Shown piece by piece: positions 38,257 through 50,950 of a stretch of 64,000 nucleotides of DNA (the first letter of the stretch is position 1; each line of letters begins with the position of its first letter). The position numbers and the translations under genes are program-made. The stretch is from Balanoglossus misakiensis. Taxonomy: Eukaryota > Animalia > Hemichordata. Below the pieces are notes generated by a model. That model saw only the letters and a program-made list of their open reading frames with translations, was not told the origin of the DNA and searched no databases. The stretch spans positions 14,980,550 to 15,044,549 of the forward strand of contig CM082579.2 in the NCBI GenBank assembly GCA_040954595.2. Reading direction: 5' to 3'.

Positions 38257-41200
38257 TAGTCTGGTTACACTATGAGATAGGTGCCGTTAATCAGAATTTT
38301 TGGTAAGGAAGGTTTGAGAAGTCCATTCTATGTAAAAAATGGTGCTCATTCCAAAAAAGTCAGTCTTATTAACCCCACTCAAGACAAAATTGCCATTTTG
38401 GCCATTTTTAACCCCAAAATGGTCTTTTTTTAGAAAACACTAAAAACACATTGTTTTCGTCACATTCTGAGATCTGATAACATATGATATGCTTATTCTA
38501 TGTAAAATTTGGTGAATATTACGAAAAAAGTAGTTCGATTGACCCAAAACAACAGAAAATTGCCTTTTTGACCAATTTTTGCCCCAAAAACGTCATTTTT
38601 AGAAAAAAAATAAAACACACGGTTTTCTTCATAATGATTGATCTGGTGATATATGGAAAGTCAATTCTATGTTAAAAGTGGTGACTTTAAAAAATAAAGC
38701 AGTCTTTTTGACCTCAATCAATACAAAAATGCCATTTTTGGCCACTTTTTGTGGTCAAAAAAGGTCATTTTTACAAAAAAAACTAAAAATAAATTGTGTT
38801 TATCATATTCAGAGATCATTGGATATATGAAATGTCCATTCTATGTAAAAAATGGTGCTGATTCCAGAAATAGCAGTCTTATTGACCCTACTCAAGAAAA
38901 AATGCCATTTTTGCCACTTTTTGCCCCAAAACGTCATTTTCAGAAAACACACAAAATTTATATATTTTCTTCACTTTCGGAGATCTGATAATGTATTATA
39001 TGCCCACCTTATGTAAAATCTGGTGATTATTCGAAAAAAGCAGATTTATTGACCCAACCTAATGCAAAAATGCCCTTTTGGAAAGTTTTTGCCCCAAAAG
39101 GCCATTTTTAGAAAAAAATTTAAAAACAAACTTTTCTTCATAAAGCTCAGAGATCATGTGATATATGAAATGTTCATCCTATGTAAAAAATGGTGCTGAT
39201 TCCAGAAATAGCAGTCTTATTGATCCTACTCAAGAAAAAATGCCATTTTGCCACTTTTTGCCCCCAAAACGTCATTTTCAGAAAACACTCAAAATTTATA
39301 TATTTTCTTCACTTTCGGAGATCTGATAATGAATTATATGCCCACTGTATGTGAAAAATCTCCAAAAAAGCAGTTTTATTGATGCCACTCAAGATAAAAG
39401 TGCCTTTTTGGCAAGTTTTTGCTCAAAAAGTGTCATTTCTAGAAAATACGAAAATTATGCCATTTTCTTCCCATTGGTGATCAAATGATAAATAAAAGTA
39501 CTAAAAAACCCACTCTTACTGACCCCACTGAGGGAAAAAAATATCATTTTGGCCTCTTTGCTCAAAAAGGTAACTGTTAGAAAAAATAAATACAAACTTA
39601 TTCCTTTATATTCAGAGCCCTTGTGATGTATGTAAATTCGTTTTTTTTTTGTGTGTGTGTGCAAAAAATATGCTGATACCAGCACAACGGTCTTATTGAG
39701 ACACCCCGCTCAGTACAAAATTGCCATTTAGCCATCTTTTGGTCAACAATAGGCATTTTCAGAAAACAAATATAATTGATGTTTTTGCCTTTTGTGTTCT
39801 GATGTTGTATATGCATATTTAAAACGCCATAACCATATAATGTCAATTAAATTGATGATATTGAAAGACAGGGTTGCCACAATTTGGCAAATTTAGCCCA
39901 AAACTGAACTTAACAATAAGATGATCCATGTATACGCACTGTCTACTATAAGTCGATTATGCGTGGTGTGGAATATTTAGGTTCAGATATGCCAGCTCGG
40001 GAGAGAGTGTTGAAATTTATTCTCTTCAATCTGAATACAAAATCAGAAATTTTATTATAATTTATATCATGATACCTCCGTCATACTGATTGGACAGGAG
40101 TGCAACGATGCTAGAATACTCAATAGAGCACTGCTAAAACTGGCCCCTGAACTAGCACGCAGCAGGAAAAATGTGGGTTTAAACTAAATAAACATAAAAC
40201 CCTTGACGTTTTAATTTGGAACTGCTGTATGGGAATATTTGGGCAATGTGCAATGCCTTTCTTTTGTCATCTGTATCATGTTTAGAGCTTGGTCCCGGGC
40301 GGCGTGTTTACATTCATTGACGCGAGTTTTGTTCCATTCGTAACTTCTTTTCCTCTCGACGCTGTTTCATCATCATTATGAGTTCAACTTGGGCTAACTT
40401 TGCAAAAACTCCAAATACAAACATTTTTTCGGTACAAAATGGCTAAAATGATAATTTTTTCTTGAGTAGACCTATTTTTGGCTACAAATAGCAAAAAAGG
40501 CAATTTTGACAACCAGAGTGCCGTTTTTGGAATAGTCACCAAATTTTACACAGAATGGACTTTTCATACATGATCAGATCTCTGAATATGAAGAAAACAA
40601 TTTGTCTTTAGTTTGTTTGTTTTTAATGAACATTTTTGACCAAAAAAGTGGCCGAAATTACAAATTTCAATTGAATAGGGTAAGTAAGACTTCCGTTTTT
40701 GGAACAGTAACCACGTTTCAATATAGAATGGGCTTTTATTTATAATAAGATCACCGAAAGTGAAGAAAAGAGAATGCTTATTAATATATTCTTAAAAATA
40801 ACAATTTTGTGCAAAACTTAGCCAAAAAGGTGATTTCATCATGGTTGAGGTAATTAAGACTGCATTTCTGGAATCAACACCTATTTTACAATAAATGTAC
40901 TTTTCACACATCATAGAATCTCCAAATAAGAATCAAACAGTTTGTTTATAATGATTTTCGAAAAGTGGCTTTTTGGGCAAAAACTTGTCAAAAAAGCACT
41001 GTTTTCTTGAGTGGCGCTAGTAATTTTTTTTTGAATTTTTTCACATAGAGTGGGTACATAATACATCATCATCTCCGAAAGTGAAGAAAATATAAAAGTT
41101 TTGGGTGTTTTCTAGAAATGACACTTTTTGGGCAAAAACTTGCCAAAGGGCACTTTTATCTTGGGTGGCATCAATAAAACTGCTTTTTTGGAAATTTTTC

Positions 41201-42328
41201 ACATAAAGTGGGCATATAATACATTATCAGATCTCCGAAAGTGAAGAAAATATATAAATTTTGAGTGTTTTCTGAAAATGACGTTTTTGGGGCAAAAAGT
41301 GGCAAAAATGGCATTTTTTCTTGAGTAGGATCAATAAGACTGCTATTTCTGGAATTAGCACCATTTTTTACATAGTTTGAACACTTCATATATCACATGA
41401 TCTCTGAGCTTTATGAAGAAAAGTTTGTTTTTAATTTTTTTTTCTAAAAACGGCCTTTTTGGGTAATAACTTTCCAAAAGGGCATTTTTGCATTAGGTTG
41501 GGTCAATAAATCTGCTTTTTTGGAAAAATCACCAAGTTTTACATAGGATGGGCATATAAGTGAAGAAAATATATAAATTTTGAGTGTTTTCTAAAAATGA
41601 CGTTTTGGGGCAAAAAGTGGCAAAAATGGCATTTTTTTCTTGAGTAGGGTCAATAAGACTGCTATTTCTGAAATCAGCACCGTTTTTTACATAGAATGGA
41701 CACTTCATATATCCAATGATCTCTGAATATGAAAAACACAATTTATTTTTAGTTTTTTTGTAAAAATGACCTTTTTTGACCTCAAAAAGTGGCCAAAAAT
41801 GGCATTTTTGTATTGATTGAGGTCAAAAAGACTGCTTTTTTTTAAAGTCACCACTTTTAACATAGAATTGACTTTCCATATATCACCAGATCAACTATTA
41901 TGAAGAAAACCGTGTTTTTTATTTTTTTTTCTAAAAATGACGTTTTTTTGGCAAAAAATGGTCAAAAAGGCAATTTTCTGTTGTTTTGGGTCAATCGAAC
42001 TATTTTTTTCGTAATATTCACCAAATTTTACATAGAATAGGCATATCATATGTCATCAGATCTTAGAATGTGACGAAAACAGTGTGTTTTTAGTGTTTTC
42101 TAAAAAAACACCATTTTTGGGTTAAAAATGGCCAAAATGGCAATTTTGTCTTGAGTGGGGTCAATAAGACCATTTTTTACATAGAATGGACCTCTCAAAC
42201 CTTCCTTACCAAAAATTCTGATTAACGGCATCTAGCTCCTGGAGTAGGTCCCCTGCCCCATTCCCACTGCCATCGGCGCTACGCTCAAGGGCGCAGCCAG
42301 CGGTGGGAATGGGGCAGGGAACAGACTA
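38257..42328. mobile_element. Academ(H)-like non-autonomous element with 9-bp TSD (host of the foldback)
   Basis: cttcacttg|tagtctg ... cagacta|cttcacttg; internal GC hairpin ccctgccccattcccac / gtgggaatggggcaggg. Confidence 0.75.
38274..42238. mobile_element. ~4-kb foldback DNA transposon with >1-kb TIRs built from A/T-tract subrepeats (GAG...CTC ends, Sola-like)
   Basis: gagataggtgccgttaatcagaatttttggtaaggaagg / ccttccttaccaaaaattctgattaacggcatctagctc; arms about 38274-39450 and 41100-42238 are reverse complements; no transposase ORF. Confidence 0.85.
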
Positions 42329-42432
42329 CTTCACTTGTGGAATAAAGTGCTCATTTCTTGTGTATCTGCATTTTGTCGATGTTATCGCTCCTCTGGCAGA
42401 GAAGCCAGGGTGCTAGCTGTTGGCTTTAATAA

Positions 42433-42685
42433 GGGACTGTTCAGAATTTACTTCCAGGGGGCGGAGAATTTTCAGAGGGGGGGGGGACCACCCATTTTCT
42501 CCAAGACAAATTAGGGGAGACTAGACATAAAAGTCACAATAGGGGGACCATGGAAAATCCCCAGGAAATTTAAGGGGGGACCACATATTTCCTCCACAAT
42601 TTACTAGGGGAGACCATGGGAAAAAATCACCAGGAAAATCAAAAATCCTCCATCCCCAACTTGGAAGTAAAATCTGAACAGTCCT
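42433..42685. mobile_element. Harbinger-type MITE
   Basis: taa|gggactgttcagaatttacttcca ... tggaagtaaaatctgaacagtcct|tca, G-run rich interior. Confidence 0.7.
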
Positions 42686-44443
42686 TCATGGTTGTTTGTT
42701 TGTTTGTTTGCCTGTTTGTTTATTCGTATCTTTGTTTGTTTGTGTATTCTATCTCATTTAATATGATGCTTCTGTCACATTTGGCATTTACTGTCGCATA
42801 AACAATGACCGAACCGACTCGACTGCGTTTGGATGCACGATGGACTTAAGAGTGAATCCATCGGTGTTTACCGGCCAAAACAAAACCGTTTGATTTCTTT
42901 AACACTGTTGCAACAAGTGAGACCCTAGTACATGTAGTATATAAATCAGAAGTCCGGTGCATGTTTGCCAGTGACACCTACCACAAAATGGTATCGCCCA
43001 AATAATGTTGGGCGCGCCCGTGGAAGTTATAAGCCCGGCGCTTTTTCCTCATGATTAATAAAACAGTTAACACAACATTGGAAATTCAGCCAATTTGTCC
43101 CTGTTTTGTAGAAATAGTGCGAGCTATACATGGCGAAAAGTTTTTCAAAAAATAGATCAAAATGGGAATTCAAATTAGTGAATATTATTGGCACTTACAG
43201 AGTTTTAATTCAAAATAGAGGATTCATTCCAATGAATATGCAAGTCAAGAAGTCACATAGGGATCATGAAAATGACCTATTGATCATGTCATGATGATTA
43301 TGTACAAGAGAGAAGTAAAAAACTGGTTATTGCTTGAATTTCATGTTTCTTTTTAATCAGATGTAGTCAACAGTCTTTCAACAAGTCTATAACATGATTT
43401 TGAAATGATTTTCAAAAGTACACAATTCCATATGAAAATGTTACTTTAAGATTTGTAAATTTTTCTGTATATTTGAGTTCACGTGCATAGGCTGACTCAA
43501 ACATTCTTTGCATCAACATTTACCGTCCTTTCAAAAATCTTGCCTGTAGTCCAGGTTTTACATTTGCACTTAATAGCATTATAACACCATCATGTCATCC
43601 ACATGTTACCCTCACAGCCAGTCACTGTGTGTATATTGTGATTCATGAAGTACATGTAGTGCTACATATTTTTGTGGAGATGAGACACACACACACATAG
43701 CAACCGATAGACAGACTGCTTGATAATATGCTCTGACTGATCCCTAAAGCTGAAACTTGTATGTGTTTGTACATACAACACAAAGGAACTAAAAATAGGG
43801 CATTCACATAGGGACCATTGAAAGTTTTCTGAAACATCTCAACTCAAACATTGACATAAAAAATACTTTGTGAACAATTAAAGTCTTCCTGGAACGTTTC
43901 AGATTTGAGACGGTTTTGCCAGCCAGACCTGATCCGGTGTAATGATTAACACCTCTTCGCAACCCATTGTCTATGGGGCCGAGCCTCGCAGTGCCTATAC
44001 ATAAACTTTGTGTGTGTGGACACAAACGACTCAAAGGATTAATGCTCTGTGTTTACCATAGGCAAATAGTGTCTCAAATTTTTCCCTGCCTGAACCTGGT
44101 ATCTGAAATGTTTCTCATTTTACCCAGTGTAAACATGGTGAAAGACAAAATGTCCTATACCTGTATAACATAGATCATAAATTTATAATACCAGGGTTTA
44201 CTTGGTCTGATTGAAGCTCTGTAATTGGTTGAAGCAAGGGTTTTTATTACATATGTACCGTCGATTACTTGCACCGAGCGCGCGCGTAACATCGGTATTT
44301 GCACTCAGTGCAATACCAAAAACATTATGCTATACCTGTATGCAAATGAGTGGCCTGTTCACGAAACAAGCAATATCATTCCGCGGTCTCATTTCTTTCA
44401 TTTTCGGTCTTTTTTTCAAAATGGGATGAACATATGTAATAAA

Positions 44444-44636
44444 ACAGAACCCCATGGCTCAATCGTGCAAGCACGGCGTACCGGTAGTATTTGCACTCGT
44501 GCTGGCGGTGTATTCTTGCTGCCCCCCGCACGAGCGACAGCGAGTGCGGGGGACGGGCGCAAGAATACACCGCCAGACACTCGATGCAAATACTACCGTT
44601 ACGCCGTGCTTGCACGATCGAGCCATGGGGTTCTGT
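44444..44636. repeat. ~190-bp near-perfect GC-rich palindrome, probably the core of a non-autonomous DNA element
   Basis: acagaaccccatggctcaatcgtgcaagcacggcgta...tattcttgc / gcaagaata...tacgccgtgcttgcacgatcgagccatggggttctgt. Confidence 0.85.
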
Positions 44637-45346
44637 CATAACATTCTCTACTAGAAGACCTGAACAGTAAATAACTGAAATAAAATACACAAAAGAGAAT
44701 GCATCTGAATAGAACACAATTTATTAACTTGGATTGGTCATGGGCATCAGGGCGCTCTACTTAAGAAATTCTAGAACATGTTTGTACAAGTGGCATTTTC
44801 ATGAGCAGTGAGCAACGAGGCCTTTCTGGCATGTAATACTTAAAATCCAAACATCAGATTTTTTATCACACAAAATCATATTATATACAATGACATTATA
44901 AATGGTGTGCGCTTATATTTGGTTACGGATTTAAAACCTCTTTGAGGAAAATTTTGCAGAGAGGTCTTGTATCTACAACCAAATAACCACTATGTTCATA
45001 TCATTCAGATTGCTCAGTACTATCAGCGAGTTCACCAGTGGTTTCCAGAAATCTATAGGCTAAACATATGCCATTTTCATTGTGCCTCCCCCCATCTATT
45101 TCAATACAATAAATAATGGCTGGCTTGATTTTTCACCAGGACTTTTCAACAATAGTTTTTGTTAAGATATAGACAACATTCCAGATGTGTATGAAAACTC
45201 GAGGAAAATAATAACATTTGACCTGTCATCAGTTGTGAATTAATTAAATATTTTCATAAACAACACATTATAATCAAATTTAAACTCGTATGTAATGAAT
45301 AATCGTCTCAACATAAGAGCTGCTAAGGCTAGACTCAACAGCACTA

Positions 45347-45835
45347 TCAACACGAAAGAATTACTATTTTCTTGCTGACGTATCTGGCGATTATTCTGAT
45401 TTGATAGTGTGTCGTTTCTTCTTCTGGGTTGCTCATACCCTTGCTGGCTGACATTTCTTTGTCGTATGTTTGTCTCTGTGGTAGCATTGTCATTGGCATT
45501 TCTCTGGGGGTGTTTTCTGTGTTGGCAGTTGCAGGTTCTGGTGCTAGGGGAGTGTTGACATCTGCCTGGGGTGTTGCATCGGCTGGCGGTTGAACGGTGT
45601 TGTCGTTGTTCGATGCCGCATCTCTGTGTCGTGGCGGCTGTCCGGCTCCTGCAAACGCAGCGTACTGAGACACGAATGGGTTCGGGTATGACATCTGCTG
45701 GAAGTGTTGCTGGTATGCTGCGGCTGGATAGGGTGGGGGTTGTTGGTTCGCAGAAGCTACAGGCTGGGGTGTGTTTGTGCTTGTGCTTGTTGTGGCAGTA
45801 TCAGCAGAGGTTGCTATGCTTTTCTTTGTCTCTTC
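45347..45835 (-). CDS. probable terminal coding exon, Pro/Ala/Thr/Gln-rich tail with a PPPY motif; gene unidentified
   Basis: strong acceptor ttctttttatcctccacag|, then 162 open codons: EETKKSIATSADTATTSTSTNTPQPVASANQQPPPYPAAAYQQHFQQMSYPNPFVSQYAAFAGAGQPP...SC*; GC content higher than the flanks. Confidence 0.6.
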   Translation of the reverse strand, partial: EETKKSIATSADTATTSTSTNTPQPVASANQQPPPYPAAAYQQHFQQMSYPNPFVSQYAAFAGAGQPPRHRDAASNNDNTVQPPADATPQADVNTPLAPEPATANTENTPREMPMTMLPQRQTYDKEMSASKGMSNPEEETTHYQIRIIARYVSKKIVILSC

Positions 45836-48169
45836 CTGTGGAGGATAAAAAGAACACAGTGTTTTTGCAAAGGTCGGGGAACACTGGTAATGGATTTGGG
45901 AACCCCGTTAATATTCCTATAACCTCCTAATATAACCACATTGATACACCCAGGGGAACCCCGGTAAAATGACTGGGGAACTCTGGTAGACTGCCTGACC
46001 ACTGTGACATTGGCCTTGTTCTGTTGTTTTAATTCGGAGTGACTGGGGTACTCCGGTAGATTTTATCTAGGTACCGCCCTTAACAAAAACACTAGAACAG
46101 AATCACAATTTGGAAGGCATGAGAGGCAAATACCATTTAAGGATGTACACGCACAACATAAACTGATAAACAGTGCATGTGTGTCTGTTCCTGAAAGGAT
46201 TACATCGATAATTGCCAGAAAACAAACTTCTACTATTGTCTTTTTCACGAAATTTTACACATAGCTCAGACAAGTAAACGTAAATTCCTTGGTCAAAAAA
46301 AATTATGTGGTCACCAAGCTCTATTATGAGATAAATTGCGTTAAAATCTTCGCCCATAGACAAACCATTGGTGAAAAATGCTGAGACAGCAAATTTCTTC
46401 TATTATCAACTAAATTCATGGCTCTGTATTTTTTTTAAAAAGGGCAATGACCCCTACAATTTTTAACGGATTCTCATTATACATACACAGCATAATCCAA
46501 AAATCCACAATTAAAAGAATGACAATACTTTCAACGTGTATAATACCAGCATACACCTGTTTCAAGTCCAGTGTCCTAATACACCATCATCATGAATTGG
46601 AACTCAAAGCAAGGCCAATGAGCAAACCCAGATTGACAACTCATTACACCAGCAAAGTGGTTTCTTTATGGAAGTGGTGGTACCAATAAATACTTTATTA
46701 AAGGTAAGAATTTCTTATTGTAGCAGTATTTTCATTTCCATTCATGTTTTAAAGGCCTTTTTTGTAGATTCTGAGTTTCTATGCCAGACAAAGTATGATT
46801 ATTTTTCCACTAATGCAGCCTGAATTAAAGTCAACATTTTTCACCATAGGTCTTTCTATGTTATTTTTCTATAGGCATGGACACATTTAAGTTTATCTCA
46901 AAACTGAGCACAGTGGTGAGCCTACAACTTATATGAATCACTCAATTTAATTTCATTTGGATGAGTTATGAGTGAAACTTCTTAAAATTACAATAGTAGA
47001 AAAGGGTTTTCTATCAATTCTTAATGTTATCCTATGGGAAGAAACACATTCCATGAGCTCATACATGTAGTGTGTGCCCATTCTTAACCCTTTCAGTATT
47101 ATATGAATCAGATATAGAAGCTTGTTCAACGTCCCGTTGCGGCCAAGCCAATCAGATTGCACGTTATGTCAATCAAAACTGAAGGATACCTAAAGTTCTC
47201 TATAAGGCACCGTCTGATTGGTTTACTAGAGTTTTCAACGGGAGCTTCTATGGGAGTTGGTCAGATGTAGTGTGAGGCGACAGTATAAGAATACCGTACT
47301 GCGAAGTAAAAGACGTCGCCGTACCCTACATCTGATTTTAATCAGATTGTATGCACACATAAGCTGGTTTAGAATACTGATAAACCCTGATGAAACAATC
47401 TCAGTAAAATATATACAGATGAGAATGAGAATGCAGTTAAAGTTAAATATACATTCGTTGTATCTTTTGGCTTTATTTCCAGTATTTTTGTTCTATGTAG
47501 CAAATGCGATTTCATGTTCTACTCCACACAGATTGTTACTTGTCAGCACAGAATGTATGTGTATAATGGCCATTGTCATTGTTGACAATAATTCATGGAT
47601 TCTAGTCTGGACTTAAATTCCAATTTGGCACAATAACAATGCTGACCATACACATATATGTTTCATCATGTTTCGGGAATTTGCACAAGAAACTGCTAAA
47701 CAAAGATACTGAAAACATAGGAAAAAGGTAAAGGTAATGGAGCTTTAATTACAATTCACACTGTATACAAAATCCATGTAAAAATTCAAAATACTGGATT
47801 TGTCAGCTTCAACTGATATGGGGGTCACACAAGAAATTGCTAAAACGTCTCAGATCAAATACTGGCATAAATTATTATTGGTGAATGGTTTAAGTGGTCC
47901 TGAATCTTCTCAGATTTGAGACACGTCTCTTACCAGGTTCACACAGGGTAAAATTTGAGACACTATTAGTCTATGGTAAACACAGAGCGTTAATACTTTG
48001 GGGGGGGGGGTTAGCTGGGCAGACCCGCCCTCCTTTATTTTTTGCCACCCTGCTATCTTACGCGCCGCCCTGCTTTCTTTTCATTCCCGCCTTGGTAAAT
48101 ATTTATTGTTTCTGGTGCACGCTCCCGCATGCGGCTGGCATTTGAGAGAATGATATTTATTCAGTTTAG

Positions 48170-49261
48170 GGATGTTTTGTCGCCTTTGTACAAAACACAA
48201 GCAGAAGGCCAAGTGCGGAGGGACTTGGGTTACAACATCTCCATGTACATGTACCACCCTTCGCGAAGACAAACTCAAGCAGCATGAAGAGACGATTATC
48301 GACCGGGCGGCAATGCAGCTTGACGCCGAGGCAGCAGTTATCGAGAACAGCAGCGGTCTTGTGGCTGCATTTGACAAGGTCATCACCTTTGAGACGCAAG
48401 CCTTCATGCATCGGCGTCCTACGATGCATGTATTTTCTCATGCACAGAGAATTGCCGCACACCACCAACTTCATCCATGTTTTGGAATTGGCAAAGTCCC
48501 TCGGGTGTTCATTCCTTGGTACTCTCAGCAGTGATGACCACAACTATAATGGTTTATTGCATTGGTAAGTAGGTCTACTGATTTTTGTGCAGATCTAAAT
48601 TGTAGGCAATGTAGTAACATTTATTTAAACCTGGTTGTTTTCAAGAAAGGATCACTGTTTAAGCAATAGTGTTACACTCAATAAATAATAATTACTGTAC
48701 AAATTACTGTGAATTTTGATAAGTTTAATCTGAAGAGTAATTTTCATTTATTTCATTTTTCAGGCAAAGTCATCCGTGATGAGATTTTAGAGAAGATGAA
48801 AGGAAGTAACTTCTATTCACTGTTAATAGATGAAAACAACTGATGTGGCTGTATTGAAGCAATTAATCATCTATTCCAAGTACACCTTGAAGTCTGGGAA
48901 GTCAGTTGTGTCTTTCCTTGGAGTTAAAGAAGTAAGTGGAAAGTTTTTCAATTTTTAAGTCTACACTGAATTAAAAACATACGATTAAACATGTTTTTGA
49001 GTGACCTCATTTAATTGATTTTGCTGACTAGTTATTTCAGGTGAGACAAACATTGAGTTGTACATTGCATGTGTTAACATCAAGGTTTTATTTTCACTGT
49101 TTTAGGTTGGTGATGGCAGAGCAGACACCATTGCACAGTCAGTGAAAGAGTTTTCTTCAGAGAATGGTATTGTCTTAAGAGATCGTCTGTCTGCTTTGGG
49201 CAGTGATGGTGCTCCTGTTATGCTAGGACAGAAAGGAGGGGTGGCTACCAAACTAAAAGAA
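48170..49261 (+). pseudogene. intron-containing hAT transposase (ZNF862-like), frameshifted and truncated
   Basis: exon 48170-48564 (MFCRLCTKH..W..C..L..HE zinc finger; frameshift, then LRCMYFLMHRELPHTTNF); exon 48764-48931 (FYSLLIDE/TTDVAVLKQLIIY with +1 frameshift); exon 49106-49261 (ADTIA..LGSDGAPVMLGQKGGVATKLKE); all with AG/GT sites; possible left terminus cagagcg at 47983. Confidence 0.88.
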
Positions 49262-50070
49262 GTGAGTGAAATTTTGAGTTGTGAAGACATTGTGATTTTG
49301 TAAGTTTTTAGTTGGTGTCTTTATATCGTGACAATAATAATAGTAATAATTAAAGCTGCAAGCAGCATTGAAGGGGCCCAAGCATAGAGATAATAACCAT
49401 TAGACTCCATTCAGGGTTGTACCATTCAATTGCGTAGGCTGTATTTGCTCTGGATGTGGAGATATGGGGAAGTAGGCAACCACCCGAAATGGATGTCCTA
49501 CAAGTACAAACACAACAACCACAAGTGAACTTCTACGTTATGTAAGGACTTCAGTTAAGTACTTCAAAGGTCAGCTGAGGGTACCCAAAAATTGGGCCAA
49601 AAATTTGGATTCCTATTTGGTTCATATTCAAGACAACGGAAAATTCTCGCCCTTTGGGTTTTTAAAATTAGGTATGGCCATAATAATGAGTTACGCAAGT
49701 AAGTTACAGGTGGCCCTAGGAATTTAGCATTTCATGACGGTCCTACCCTACCCCTCCAAACACGTGGCTATATATGATGTGCATGCTAACATATGGAAAG
49801 CAGGTCAATGGACACCTGAGGTCATTCAAAAATTTGACAGAAAAATTTCATTCCTGTTTATGTCTTGTGCAACAAATCCTACATTTGCAGCCCTTTCACT
49901 TTGCCTAAAATTAGGTATGCACGTAATACATGAATCAAGCAGGTGTCAAAGGTATCCCCCTGTATTTGGCATTTCATGATAGTTTCATCCCTCCAAATAC
50001 CAAAGCTGCACCTGTACAACGGGATGAGATATGGCACTGTATGACAGAGGTCATCCAAATCACCTTATAC

Positions 50071-50950
50071 ATCAATCAATCAATCAATCAGAGAAATTTG
50101 TATAGCGCCAGTATCTATAACAAGTGTCATACTCAAAGGCGCTTGTGCTCATTGGCCCACACCATATGCTCTTGCGAAATAATGCGTCTTCAGTCTTTTC
50201 TTAAAGATACTCAAACTTGGAGCTTGACGAATGTTCCACAGTTTCGTTGCAGCATGAGAGAATGCTCGGCTACCGTATGAAGAACGTTTGTACATTGTAG
50301 TGCATAAAAGGCTCTTATTAGCTGAACGAAGCCTGCGACCAGGAGAATATGTCCGAATGAGATCGCGGATATAGTTCGGAGCGAAATTTTTTAAGGCTTT
50401 GTATGTGAGCAGATTTATTTTATACTCTATCCTGTGGCGAACTGGTAACCAATGAAGAAGTTGAAGAACTGGCGTTATATGGGCAGACTTCCTGGACCGA
50501 GTTATGATTCTTGCAGCTGTATTTTGTGTGCGTTGTAGAAGGTTCAGACTGCGTTCTGGTATACCATACAGTAATGCATTACCATAGTCGAGTTTCGCTG
50601 CCAAAATAGCATGAATCACTGTTTGACATGTTGCTTTGTTAAGAAATTTCCTGATTTGTCCGACACGGCGAAAGTGGTAATATATTGATTGACAAGTTTT
50701 ATTGATGTGATCTTTATACATGTGCGTATTGTCAAATATTACACCAATATTGCGAGCTGATTTAACGACGGGAACAGAGCTTGAACCAATGCTAATCTTG
50801 TCAATAGCATCAGCAGAGTGATGAAATTGTGAACGAATAAGTAGAATCTCAGTTTTTGGAGTCGTTGAGTTGAAGCTTGTTTTGGGTCATCCAGTCCTTA
50901 AGATCACGGATACAGGCCTCAATGGACATTTGGGCAAAAACCAACTGACA
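50071..50950 (-). mobile_element. 5'-truncated L2-clade LINE (ORF2 C-terminus)
   Basis: encodes KLDYGNALLYG..LQRTQNTAARII..HITPVLQLLHWLPVRHRIEYKI..RLRS..GSRAFSHAATKLWN..FKKRLKTHYF; 3' stem agcgcc/ggcgct and (TTGA)n tail. Confidence 0.93.

Noticed and set aside
44211-44717. Overlapping ORFs on both strands
   Set aside because: By-products of the GC-rich palindrome.
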